A stretch of 64,000 bases of DNA from a virus: the IMG/VR virus record IMGVR_UViG_3300043444_000400, positions 7,061 to 71,060 of that record. One strand, 5' to 3'. How positions within the stretch are numbered: the stretch's first letter is position 1; each line of letters opens with the position of its first letter. This document shows, in pieces, positions 1 to 6,330 of the stretch. Under the pieces are notes generated by a model. The model saw only the letters and a program-made list of their open reading frames with translations. It did no database searches and was not told the origin of the DNA. Position numbers and translations under genes: made by a program.

Positions 1-2
1 AT

Positions 3-200
3 GGTAATGTTGGGGAAGCTGTATGTAGTGAAGAAGAACTACAGGAGATGTGTCCTGATATCTTCAGTGTATTTCCTAACAAAGTAAAAGAAGAACAAGC
101 TAAACTCGCGCAAGAACAAGCTGAACTGGAAGAGCTTCTGCGTCAAACTCAACTGACTATGCAAGCTGTCCAAGAAAAGCTGGATAGTCTGAAGATGTAA
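3..200 (+). CDS. 3' end of a coiled-coil protein (partial, starts before window)
   Basis: Open frame from pos 3 (GNVGEAVCSEEELQ...EQAKLAQEQAELEELLRQ...KM*), TAA at 198-200, followed by a hairpin. Confidence 0.7.
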   Translation, partial: GNVGEAVCSEEELQEMCPDIFSVFPNKVKEEQAKLAQEQAELEELLRQTQLTMQAVQEKLDSLKM

Positions 201-206
201 ATTTGT

Positions 207-242
207 AGGGAATCTGGGCCTCTCTGGGTTCCCTTAATTTTT
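207..242 (+). terminator. Rho-independent terminator-like hairpin
   Basis: AGGGAATC...GGTTCCCT stem followed by TAATTTTT, directly after a stop codon. Confidence 0.6.
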
Positions 243-260
243 GTTAGTAAAGGTAAACCA

Positions 261-407
261 ATGAATTCTTATTGTCACGATAAACGGATGGGTTGTTCTT
301 GGAGCTACGTTGCCGGGGGCTGTTTGTCTGCGAATCGCTACAGGTGGCTGCGCGGGGATTCCAGCAGCATCCTAGGTCTTCGTTTAATGTTAGTGGAGTT
401 TAACTAA
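261..407 (+). CDS. 48-aa microprotein, CLec/FGE variable-region-like motif (array unit A)
   Basis: Manual translation MNSYCHDKRMGCSWSYVAGGCLSANRYRWLRGDSSSILGLRLMLVEFN; AAGGT SD upstream; not in ORF track. Confidence 0.7.
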   Translation: MNSYCHDKRMGCSWSYVAGGCLSANRYRWLRGDSSSILGLRLMLVEFN

Positions 408-562
408 TGACTAAAGAATATATCCCCTATGCTGGGGGTACATGGTATCTTATCCCTAGAATCTGTAAGTCTGAGTCTCGTGATTGGTGGCAACGCAGTA
501 ATTCCCACGATAACGATAACGGGTTACGGCTAATGTTAATTGAGGTACAAAAAGATGAATGA
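407..562 (+). CDS. 51-aa microprotein, CLec/FGE variable-region-like motif (unit B)
   Basis: MTKEYIPYAGGTWYLIPRICKSESRDWWQRSNSHDNDNGLRLMLIEVQKDE; TAATG coupling with unit A, GGAG SD. Confidence 0.7.
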   Translation: MTKEYIPYAGGTWYLIPRICKSESRDWWQRSNSHDNDNGLRLMLIEVQKDE

Positions 563-698
563 TTACTATGGTGGTTCCTGGATTTACTTTGCTAAGTTTT
601 GTCGGTCTAATTATTGTTATTTAGCACGACACAACCACTCCTACAATTATGGTAGTTTCAGATTAATGTTAGTTAGGGTTAACAAAGATGGAAGATAA
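555..698 (+). CDS. 47-aa microprotein, CLec/FGE variable-region-like motif (unit C)
   Basis: MNDYYGGSWIYFAKFCRSNYCYLARHNHSYNYGSFRLMLVRVNKDGR; GAGGT SD lies inside the end of unit B. Confidence 0.7.
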   Translation: MNDYYGGSWIYFAKFCRSNYCYLARHNHSYNYGSFRLMLVRVNKDGR

Positions 699-759
699 GT
701 CTTATAAGTTTGGTCTTAGGTTAGCTTTAGTTGAGGTTATTCCTGATGCACTTAGTTAA
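688..759 (+). CDS. 23-aa truncated array unit D (only the GLRL-x-LVEV tail)
   Basis: MEDKSYKFGLRLALVEVIPDALS; overlaps units C and E with the same coupling pattern. Confidence 0.45.
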   Translation: MEDKSYKFGLRLALVEVIPDALS

Positions 760-916
760 ATACACAGGGGGTTCTTGGGTCTCATTTACTTGGCATTGTC
801 AATCGAACGAATATGGGAAATGTACAAGTTCTAGTAAGAATGTATATACGGGATTTCGTTTACTATTGATTGAGGTAAAAAACAATGGTATATATTCATG
901 TAGGTCGTTATCGTAA
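746..916 (+). CDS. 56-aa microprotein, CLec/FGE variable-region-like motif (unit E)
   Basis: MHLVKYTGGSWVSFTWHCQSNEYGKCTSSSKNVYTGFRLLLIEVK...; ATG 746 follows a GAGGT SD. Confidence 0.7.
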   Translation: MHLVKYTGGSWVSFTWHCQSNEYGKCTSSSKNVYTGFRLLLIEVKNNGIYSCRSLS

Positions 917-1094
917 GATTCCTTTCAAGTTATACACAATAGCTTTAGGTTCTTGTTGTAAAGGCGGAGGATGGAACAATAGCGCTTGGAACACAAGGTC
1001 TAAGTACATAAAAGAACAGGGGAATGGTCATAGTTCAAATCGTGGATTCCGCCTTATGTTAATTACGAAAGAAAATGAAAATAACAATCCTTAA
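885..1094 (+). CDS. 69-aa microprotein, CLec/FGE variable-region-like motif (unit F)
   Basis: ...KGGGWNNSAWNTRSKYIKEQGNGHSSNRGFRLMLITK; GAGGT SD. Confidence 0.7.
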   Translation: MVYIHVGRYRKIPFKLYTIALGSCCKGGGWNNSAWNTRSKYIKEQGNGHSSNRGFRLMLITKENENNNP

Positions 1095-1377
1095 GCATAT
1101 TGATATGATGTGTGAAAGAACAGCCCCTGGTGTAGGTTTAGAAATAGAATGGACTCACTTTTATCCAACTACTTTGAATGTAAGCCCTTATTTTAGAGAC
1201 CCTGATTTCAGACTAGAGATTTATGAAGATGATATGCCTTGGTATATCTTAAGAGATTATTATGGTCCTTATGTCATAAATATAAGTGCGGTTGAAGATC
1301 ATTTAGAAGAAGGTGACATAGAAATTTGTGATGCCCTTCGTGAATACCTAGTTAGATGGCAGAATGAGGATAACTGA
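1075..1377 (+). CDS. hypothetical protein
   Basis: ORF track, overlapping-gene packing. Confidence 0.65.
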   Translation: MKITILKHIDMMCERTAPGVGLEIEWTHFYPTTLNVSPYFRDPDFRLEIYEDDMPWYILRDYYGPYVINISAVEDHLEEGDIEICDALREYLVRWQNEDN

Positions 1378-1792
1378 TATGGAGCATAATGAGTATGATG
1401 GTTTTGAAGCCTTTCTTCCCATAGCAGAAGACTTTGACACTAAACATTGGCTTATTACCGATGATTACGGATATGGGATAAGAATTTTAACCAGAACCTA
1501 TTTTCTAGGACTTGCTTGGGTTAGTGTCGCTATTCAAGACCGTAAATCTTATGCAGAGGATGGAACCGAACTTAAGTACAAAGTATTTATTGAAATATAT
1601 ACTTTGATTGGGGCTAATATTAGATTCTGGTGTAAAACCAACTACCTGTTTTATCTTAGTAACCCGGATAAGAAATTTGGACCTTTCACTGCATCTAGAG
1701 ACAGGTTTTTCATTACGCCTAACTTTTGGTTTCACTTAATGGATAAAGTGCCTCAACCTATCAACTATATACGGAGCAAATTCAATGTATAA
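1364..1792 (+). CDS. hypothetical protein
   Basis: ORF track, operon packing. Confidence 0.65.
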   Translation: MRITDMEHNEYDGFEAFLPIAEDFDTKHWLITDDYGYGIRILTRTYFLGLAWVSVAIQDRKSYAEDGTELKYKVFIEIYTLIGANIRFWCKTNYLFYLSNPDKKFGPFTASRDRFFITPNFWFHLMDKVPQPINYIRSKFNV

Positions 1793-2474
1793 AGCAATTA
1801 GCCTTAGTCTTAAGTTGTTAGCCAATGCACTTGTAGAAACTGACCATACAATTGATAATGGTTTACTACTTCAAGACGAATACCTAAATATTTCTTTCGT
1901 TATAGATAAATTAGATTCTTCTCATGCGAATCTAATTCGTACTAACATAGGGATACATTCGGATTTTCTAGACCCTAAACAGCTTGTTAGCTGGATTTTA
2001 GAGACAAAACGGCTAACTATGAATGAACTAATAGAAATGCCAGAAAGTGAGATTCAAAAAGAGATTAATGAAATAGAACAACAACTTAGAGATATTTTAA
2101 CCTCAAGTCTTCCTAATTTTCTTTCCTCAGAAGACGTTGATAATAGTAAGCTCATGGATTGGTGTCTTAAGTATGCACAAGATAAAGTAGAGCCTCTCTT
2201 AGTAGGAGCTATGAATAAGCTATCTGAGACATCTTTAAGCCTCCCCAGTGGTCATTGCTACCCCGATATGGTACTTCTCTTCACTCCTATTTACGAAGAT
2301 GATGGTCTTTGTTACTTAAGGTTAACTAAAGAGACTTGCGAAAATATAGTTAACCAGTTTGGAATCTTTACTTTGTTTCTATCTCTAGCTGATGTAGCAA
2401 CTAGCCCTAATCACTTTGGTCAACTAATTGTTAATGAGGTACTTACAAGCGCGTTAGCTCAACTTATCAAGTAA
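1785..2474 (+). CDS. hypothetical protein
   Basis: 229-aa ORF, GGAG SD. Confidence 0.7.
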   Translation: MYKAISLSLKLLANALVETDHTIDNGLLLQDEYLNISFVIDKLDSSHANLIRTNIGIHSDFLDPKQLVSWILETKRLTMNELIEMPESEIQKEINEIEQQLRDILTSSLPNFLSSEDVDNSKLMDWCLKYAQDKVEPLLVGAMNKLSETSLSLPSGHCYPDMVLLFTPIYEDDGLCYLRLTKETCENIVNQFGIFTLFLSLADVATSPNHFGQLIVNEVLTSALAQLIK

Positions 2475-2488
2475 AGTGTGTATTCTTA

Positions 2489-2770
2489 ATGAGAAACAAG
2501 CCTAAACGTGAATGCGGAAGTTGCAGACACTGGGTAAAGATTAAGAATGAACGATTTGGTAGAGGACTATGCACTCTACTAGATGTTATGTCTAAGGCAC
2601 AACAAGGTAAGAAATGTAAACACTGGAAGGGGATTAAATACAAAATGTCACATTACTACTTTGAATTATCCATGGATGATGAGCAAGACTTAACAGAAGT
2701 AGGTCTAGAAGCTTTAGGTCTAACCTTTGTTAAAAGTAATGATGTTATTACTAAAGAAGACCTCTTATGA
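2489..2770 (+). CDS. small Cys-rich (Zn-binding) protein
   Basis: CGSCRHW...GLC...CKHW pattern. Confidence 0.55.
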   Translation: MRNKPKRECGSCRHWVKIKNERFGRGLCTLLDVMSKAQQGKKCKHWKGIKYKMSHYYFELSMDDEQDLTEVGLEALGLTFVKSNDVITKEDLL

Positions 2771-2791
2771 TAACCCTAACCTTAGCTGTAT

Positions 2792-3151
2792 ATGATAACT
2801 ATAACTTTTAAGTCTTTACAAGATGAATTCCCTAAACCAGGAGATGAAATAGCGTATATTACAAGTGAAGGGGGAATAACTAGTATAAGATTTTCTGAAG
2901 TCGTAATGTACTGGATGAAAGAAGAAGGGAATTGTATAGAGTATATAGATGAAGAGTGTGAAGGGTATACTCCGTTAACATTTCTTTCTGATGGAGAATG
3001 TCTAGACAATTACTTACTTGAGGGTGAGACTGATTTGTTCTATTGGACATATTTTAAGGAGTATTATGAAACAACGAAAGAAATATATGGAAAGGAACCT
3101 GAACCATATGATTATCTTAGAAGATTGCTATTTGACCCAATAGTAAAGTAA
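2792..3151 (+). CDS. hypothetical protein
   Basis: ORF track. Confidence 0.65.
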   Translation: MITITFKSLQDEFPKPGDEIAYITSEGGITSIRFSEVVMYWMKEEGNCIEYIDEECEGYTPLTFLSDGECLDNYLLEGETDLFYWTYFKEYYETTKEIYGKEPEPYDYLRRLLFDPIVK

Positions 3152-3188
3152 TATAAAGTTGTCCAGTAGTAAAGTAATATAAAGTTGT
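3141..3188 (+). repeat. 22-bp perfect direct repeat upstream of the tmRNA locus
   Basis: TAGTAAAGTAATATAAAGTTGT at 3141-3162 and 3167-3188; followed by inverted repeat TATAAGTA/TACTTATA (3193-3220). Confidence 0.85.
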
Positions 3189-3230
3189 TGGGTATAAGTA
3201 CACAGTCTTGTATACTTATATTTACGATAT

Positions 3231-3292
3231 GGTACTAAAAAGTATTAATGGAGTTAGCAAAGACAGCGGTTCAACTCCGCTCACCTCCACCA
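3231..3292 (+). ncRNA. ssrA: two-piece (permuted) tmRNA, acceptor piece
   Basis: GAC-A-GCGG-TTCAACT-CCGC-T-CACCTCC-A-CCA: T-arm plus 3' acceptor strand with encoded CCA; its 5' part (GGTAC, AGTATT, TTAGCAAA) pairs with the coding piece. 5' end approximate. Confidence 0.88.
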
Positions 3293-3385
3293 GGGGCAGT
3301 AGCTCAATTGGTAGAGCGAGAAGCTTATACCTTCTGTATGCACCAGATTAGTGCGCGGTTGTGGGTTCGAGTCCCTCCTGCCCTA
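3293..3385 (+). tRNA. trnI: tRNA-Ile(UAU) with long variable arm, forming the tmRNA intervening segment
   Basis: GGGGCAG/CTGCCCT acceptor, GCTC/GAGC D stem, AGAAG-CTTATAC-CTTCT anticodon arm (TAT 3326-3328), 25-nt V region, GTGGG-TTCGAGT-CCCTC T arm, discriminator A. Confidence 0.9.
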
Positions 3386-3389
3386 CCTT

Positions 3390-3600
3390 GGGGGTGTCCT
3401 GGTATCGATTTGTTAATGAAGTGAAATACTGTACCCGGTCTAGAGTCCAGGACCGACCCTATGTATATACTACATAGGTGAAGAAGGACAAAATCGTGTA
3501 AATGCGAATCAAATCAAACCTTTTGCTCGTAAGACCTCTCTTGCTGTAGCATAATCATTGAACTGGGGTAGCTCATAAGGGTTACCCTAGTTCTTCTTTT
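3390..3600 (+). ncRNA. ssrA: two-piece (permuted) tmRNA, coding piece
   Basis: 5' GGGGGTG-TCCTGGTATCGA pairs with CACCTCC giving G3.U70 (Ala identity); pk1-like pairings CGGTCT/GGACCG and GTCC/GGAC; tag frame after TAAAT; ends at terminator. Confidence 0.9.
3504..3554 (+). other. tmRNA proteolysis tag reading frame ANQIKPFARKTSLAVA*
   Basis: Resume codon GCG preceded by TAAAT; resembles cyanobacterial ANNIVxFARK...AA tags. Confidence 0.88.
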
Positions 3601-3601
3601 T
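3560..3601 (+). terminator. Rho-independent terminator ending the tmRNA transcript
   Basis: GAACTGGGGTAGCTC-ATAA-GGGTTACCCTAGTTC followed by TTCTTTTT. Confidence 0.85.
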
Positions 3602-3621
3602 GCTGTCATTTGGATTGTCTT

Positions 3622-3789
3622 ATGTTGGATCTTGCTTCGATTGGACAACTAGTTCGCCAACTATCTTTTGTTTATGCTGTATTTATGGCCTGTGACAGTA
3701 CCTATAAAAAGAATATTCATGCACAGATTTTTTTCTGTTCTATGGCCATAGTTATTCAACTACAACTTATTTTCGTTGGATTACGCTAA
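3622..3789 (+). CDS. small hydrophobic (membrane) protein, 55 aa
   Basis: Manual translation MLDLASIGQLVRQLSFVYAVFMAC...AIVIQLQLIFVGLR. Confidence 0.45.
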   Translation: MLDLASIGQLVRQLSFVYAVFMACDSTYKKNIHAQIFFCSMAIVIQLQLIFVGLR

Positions 3790-3932
3790 TGATGGACTTA
3801 TCTTTTTGGACTTATCTGGGTATAACTTGTTCTCTCTTTAATGCCTTAATTGACTTTGACCGTGAGAATTACTCGTGGTCTCTCTTCTGGGTTGTTTGGA
3901 CTATCTTGCTAGGAGTGAACAATTTGTATTAA
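3789..3932 (+). CDS. small hydrophobic (membrane) protein, 47 aa
   Basis: TAATG coupling; MMDLSFWTYLGITCSLFNAL...WSLFWVVWTILLGVNNLY. Confidence 0.45.
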   Translation: MMDLSFWTYLGITCSLFNALIDFDRENYSWSLFWVVWTILLGVNNLY

Positions 3933-4012
3933 AATGCTGTATAATTAACAGCAACACCTGTGAAAATCAGGTGTATATGCCCTGGTAGCTCAGTGGATAG
4001 AGCAATCGCCTT

Positions 4013-4657
4013 TGCAAAAACACCTAAGTAAGCTATAATTAACTTAGTTTATAAGGTGAACAAATGGAGCCTATTTGTTGGAAGGTTGAGAAGATTGTAA
4101 GTAAAGGTGACTATAACTATGCTGTGGTAAAAGGACACCCAAAAGCTAATAAGCTAGGGTATATTTTAGAACACAGAGTAGTTATGGAGAATCATCTTGG
4201 TAGACTTCTTAACTCTGATGAGGTTGTTCATCATATCAATCATGATAGAAAGGACAACAGGGTTGAAAACTTGGAAGTTATGACCGCAAAACAGCATCAA
4301 CTGCTACATGGAAAAGAGATAGGTAGGAAATACTGTCACTTAAAATGCCCTGAATGTGGTGTTGAATTTTGTAAAGAAATTAGAGATACTTTCTTACAAA
4401 AAGGGGGCAGGTTTACTACTTGTTCGGCAAAGTGTAGAGGAAAACTTTCAAGAAAAATCCAACTCGGAAGAGAAACTCAAATAGTGGAAGCCGCCATATC
4501 GGAGAACATCCTTGCTATTTTCAAAAGATACAAGGGCAACTCCGAGGTAACTGTCTTACAACAGGAACCGTAGAGACTATACGCGGCTCACCTGAAATGG
4601 TGAAGAAATAGTCCAGCCTACAACTCGAAAGAGGTCATAGTAATATGATGTGGGATG
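4013..4657 (+). mobile_element. group I intron carrying an HNH homing endonuclease
   Basis: Exon ends in U, intron ends in G; P3 GCCGC(4490)/GCGGC(4583), P4 TCGGAG/CTCCGA, P5 CCTTG/CAAGG, P7 GACTA(4575)/TAGTC(4609), P8 TCACC/GGTGA. Confidence 0.88.
4064..4573 (+). CDS. HNH homing endonuclease with C-terminal Zn finger
   Basis: EHRVVME...VVHHINHDRKDNRVENL HNH motif; CPEC...CSAKC. Confidence 0.9.
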   Translation: MEPICWKVEKIVSKGDYNYAVVKGHPKANKLGYILEHRVVMENHLGRLLNSDEVVHHINHDRKDNRVENLEVMTAKQHQLLHGKEIGRKYCHLKCPECGVEFCKEIRDTFLQKGGRFTTCSAKCRGKLSRKIQLGRETQIVEAAISENILAIFKRYKGNSEVTVLQQEP

Positions 4658-4715
4658 CTAAGCGATCGGTCGCAGGTTCGAGTCCTGCCCAGGGCGCTAA
4701 CTTTAGAGGTTAATA

Positions 4716-5039
4716 GTGATGGAAAAGATTAAGGTTGTAGATTACTATGACCATGAGCCTACTGCTTGGGATTCAGGTCTACGAGAAACCCCTATAGACC
4801 TCTATTTTGAGTTTGAGCCATATAGCGGTTTTTCTATAGTCAAAGGCTATAACTTTACTTGTGGGGAATATACTCTTACAGCTAAATGCCCCTATAGTGA
4901 CGAGACTTTTGACTTTGTTTATGAAGAATGGTGGGGAACATCTCTTCAAGAGTGGTTTGAGGATAGCGTAGATTCTTATCTAAATAAGAACAAAATGTCC
5001 CAAATGAAACTTAACTTACAAGGAGAAAATCATGACTAA
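4716..5039 (+). CDS. HicB-like domain protein (array member 1)
   Basis: PYSGFSI...FDFVY...SLQEWFEDSVDSYL, resembles the HicB N-terminal domain pattern. Confidence 0.5.
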   Translation: MMEKIKVVDYYDHEPTAWDSGLRETPIDLYFEFEPYSGFSIVKGYNFTCGEYTLTAKCPYSDETFDFVYEEWWGTSLQEWFEDSVDSYLNKNKMSQMKLNLQGENHD

Positions 5040-5655
5040 TCTGATTACTCTGTTTAAGAATTCTGAGAACGAGATTTCACATTTCAAGATTAACGGGGAC
5101 CAAGACTTTATTGAGGAGGTTCTTTTTGTTGTTGACTTTATTCAATATGAGAAATCAGAAGATGCCCTTACTTCAGGAAAGCCTCTTAGCTTTGATGTAA
5201 GTGGATGTTATGGCAATTACTACCTTCTTTTAGCTCTCTCCTCTATTACTCAGTATTTTGAATTTCAGATTGATGGAGTAACTAAACGAATTCCTTCTAC
5301 AGTTCTTCCTCCAGCTAAGGAAGTATTCGATAAATACCCTGATTATGAATATAAGAATTGGGGGAAAGATGACCTTGGGGTGGAGGAAATTCCTTGGCAA
5401 GATGTTATCCTTGCTAGCATTATTGAGGATTACATTCTAACTAATGAACCAATTGTTCTAGAGTATAAAGGTTTTACTTGTACTCTTACAAAAGACCCTG
5501 CGAACGACTGGAATTATACAGCAGTTGTAACTAATCAAGGTGTTGTTTCTTTTGAAGGTCAAGGTAATTTAACCTATCTTGAGACTCAATTTCCCGAATG
5601 TGTAGACTCAAAACTTCAAGGAAAGCGTATTTACACTATGTCCGTCTACTACTAA
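5032..5655 (+). CDS. protein with C-terminal HicB-like domain (member 2)
   Basis: LEYKGFTCTL...GVVSFEGQGNLTYLETQFPECVDSKL. Confidence 0.6.
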   Translation: MTNLITLFKNSENEISHFKINGDQDFIEEVLFVVDFIQYEKSEDALTSGKPLSFDVSGCYGNYYLLLALSSITQYFEFQIDGVTKRIPSTVLPPAKEVFDKYPDYEYKNWGKDDLGVEEIPWQDVILASIIEDYILTNEPIVLEYKGFTCTLTKDPANDWNYTAVVTNQGVVSFEGQGNLTYLETQFPECVDSKLQGKRIYTMSVYY

Positions 5656-5720
5656 ATTAGTTTTTTGTATTAGGGGTTCTTCATTGAGGAGAACCTCATT
5701 CATCAAAAAGGGGATTCACA

Positions 5721-6296
5721 ATGTCAAACTTCTTGTACATCAATAAAGATTTTGAGTGTTACGTTAAGGGTGATTCCACTTTTGTCTATGCCTTTATGAA
5801 AGCTGTTAAAGCTCAAGGCATAGCAGAGGTTGTGTTGAATGAAGAACAGCAAACCATATCCGCTAATTATTACCTCAATGCTCTTTATATCCTAGATATG
5901 ATAGCAACTATGAAGAAGCTATGTCCTGACTTCAAAGTTGTGTTTTGTAACGTCACAGACATTATTATGTCTAAGGAATTTCCAGATAAAGAATATCTGG
6001 ACTTCATTGAATTTAATCATGACATAATTCTGTCCTATATTGTTCATGCCAATACGAAGCGAGGAGCTAAAGCATTACGCTTTTGTTTCAACAATGACAT
6101 GATAGAAGATGTGCTGACATTTAGTTATAAGGATTTTCAGGTTTCTTCTGTTGAGTATAGCGAGATTTATGACAGTTTTGCAGGACTTGCAAGTCATAAA
6201 GATGATGTAACTAAAGAAGTTGCCTTTGTTGGTAAAGATGTAGAAGACCTAAAACAAGCTTTCCATGGTGCTGTAGATACGTATACGCAGACATAA
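5721..6296 (+). CDS. protein with C-terminal HicB-like domain (member 3)
   Basis: FSYKDFQVSSVEYSEIYDSFAG...VAFVGKDVEDLKQAFHGAVDTY; N-terminus paralogous to 5032..5655. Confidence 0.7.
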   Translation: MSNFLYINKDFECYVKGDSTFVYAFMKAVKAQGIAEVVLNEEQQTISANYYLNALYILDMIATMKKLCPDFKVVFCNVTDIIMSKEFPDKEYLDFIEFNHDIILSYIVHANTKRGAKALRFCFNNDMIEDVLTFSYKDFQVSSVEYSEIYDSFAGLASHKDDVTKEVAFVGKDVEDLKQAFHGAVDTYTQT

Positions 6297-6330
6297 GAGG
6301 TATAACAGTACAAAAATAAGAGGTATAACA

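Larger units (their letters stand above)
3979..4696 (+). tRNA. trnR: tRNA-Arg(UCU), split by a group I intron (exons 3979-4012 and 4658-4696)
   Basis: GCCCTGG/CCAGGGC acceptor, D arm with A20, ATCGC/GCGAT anticodon stem; spliced loop CTT|CTAA gives anticodon TCT; GCAGG-TTCGAGT-CCTGC T arm; G discriminator. Confidence 0.9.

Noticed and set aside
261-1094. A complete diversity-generating retroelement
   Set aside because: No reverse transcriptase, accessory gene or near-identical TR/VR pair in the window; the units are far too divergent from one another at non-A positions.
261-1094. CRISPR array
   Set aside because: The recurring TTAATGTTA...GAGGT element is degenerate and protein-coding, with no identical repeats and no cas operon. 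The PD-(D/E)XK nuclease at 16528 sits in a replication module.
3231-3292. tmRNA 3' fragment as an att-site duplication from prophage integration
   Set aside because: It lies upstream of the 5' part, pairs with it across the acceptor stem and helix 2, the downstream piece has no 3' end of its own, and no integrase is visible. A permuted gene fits better.
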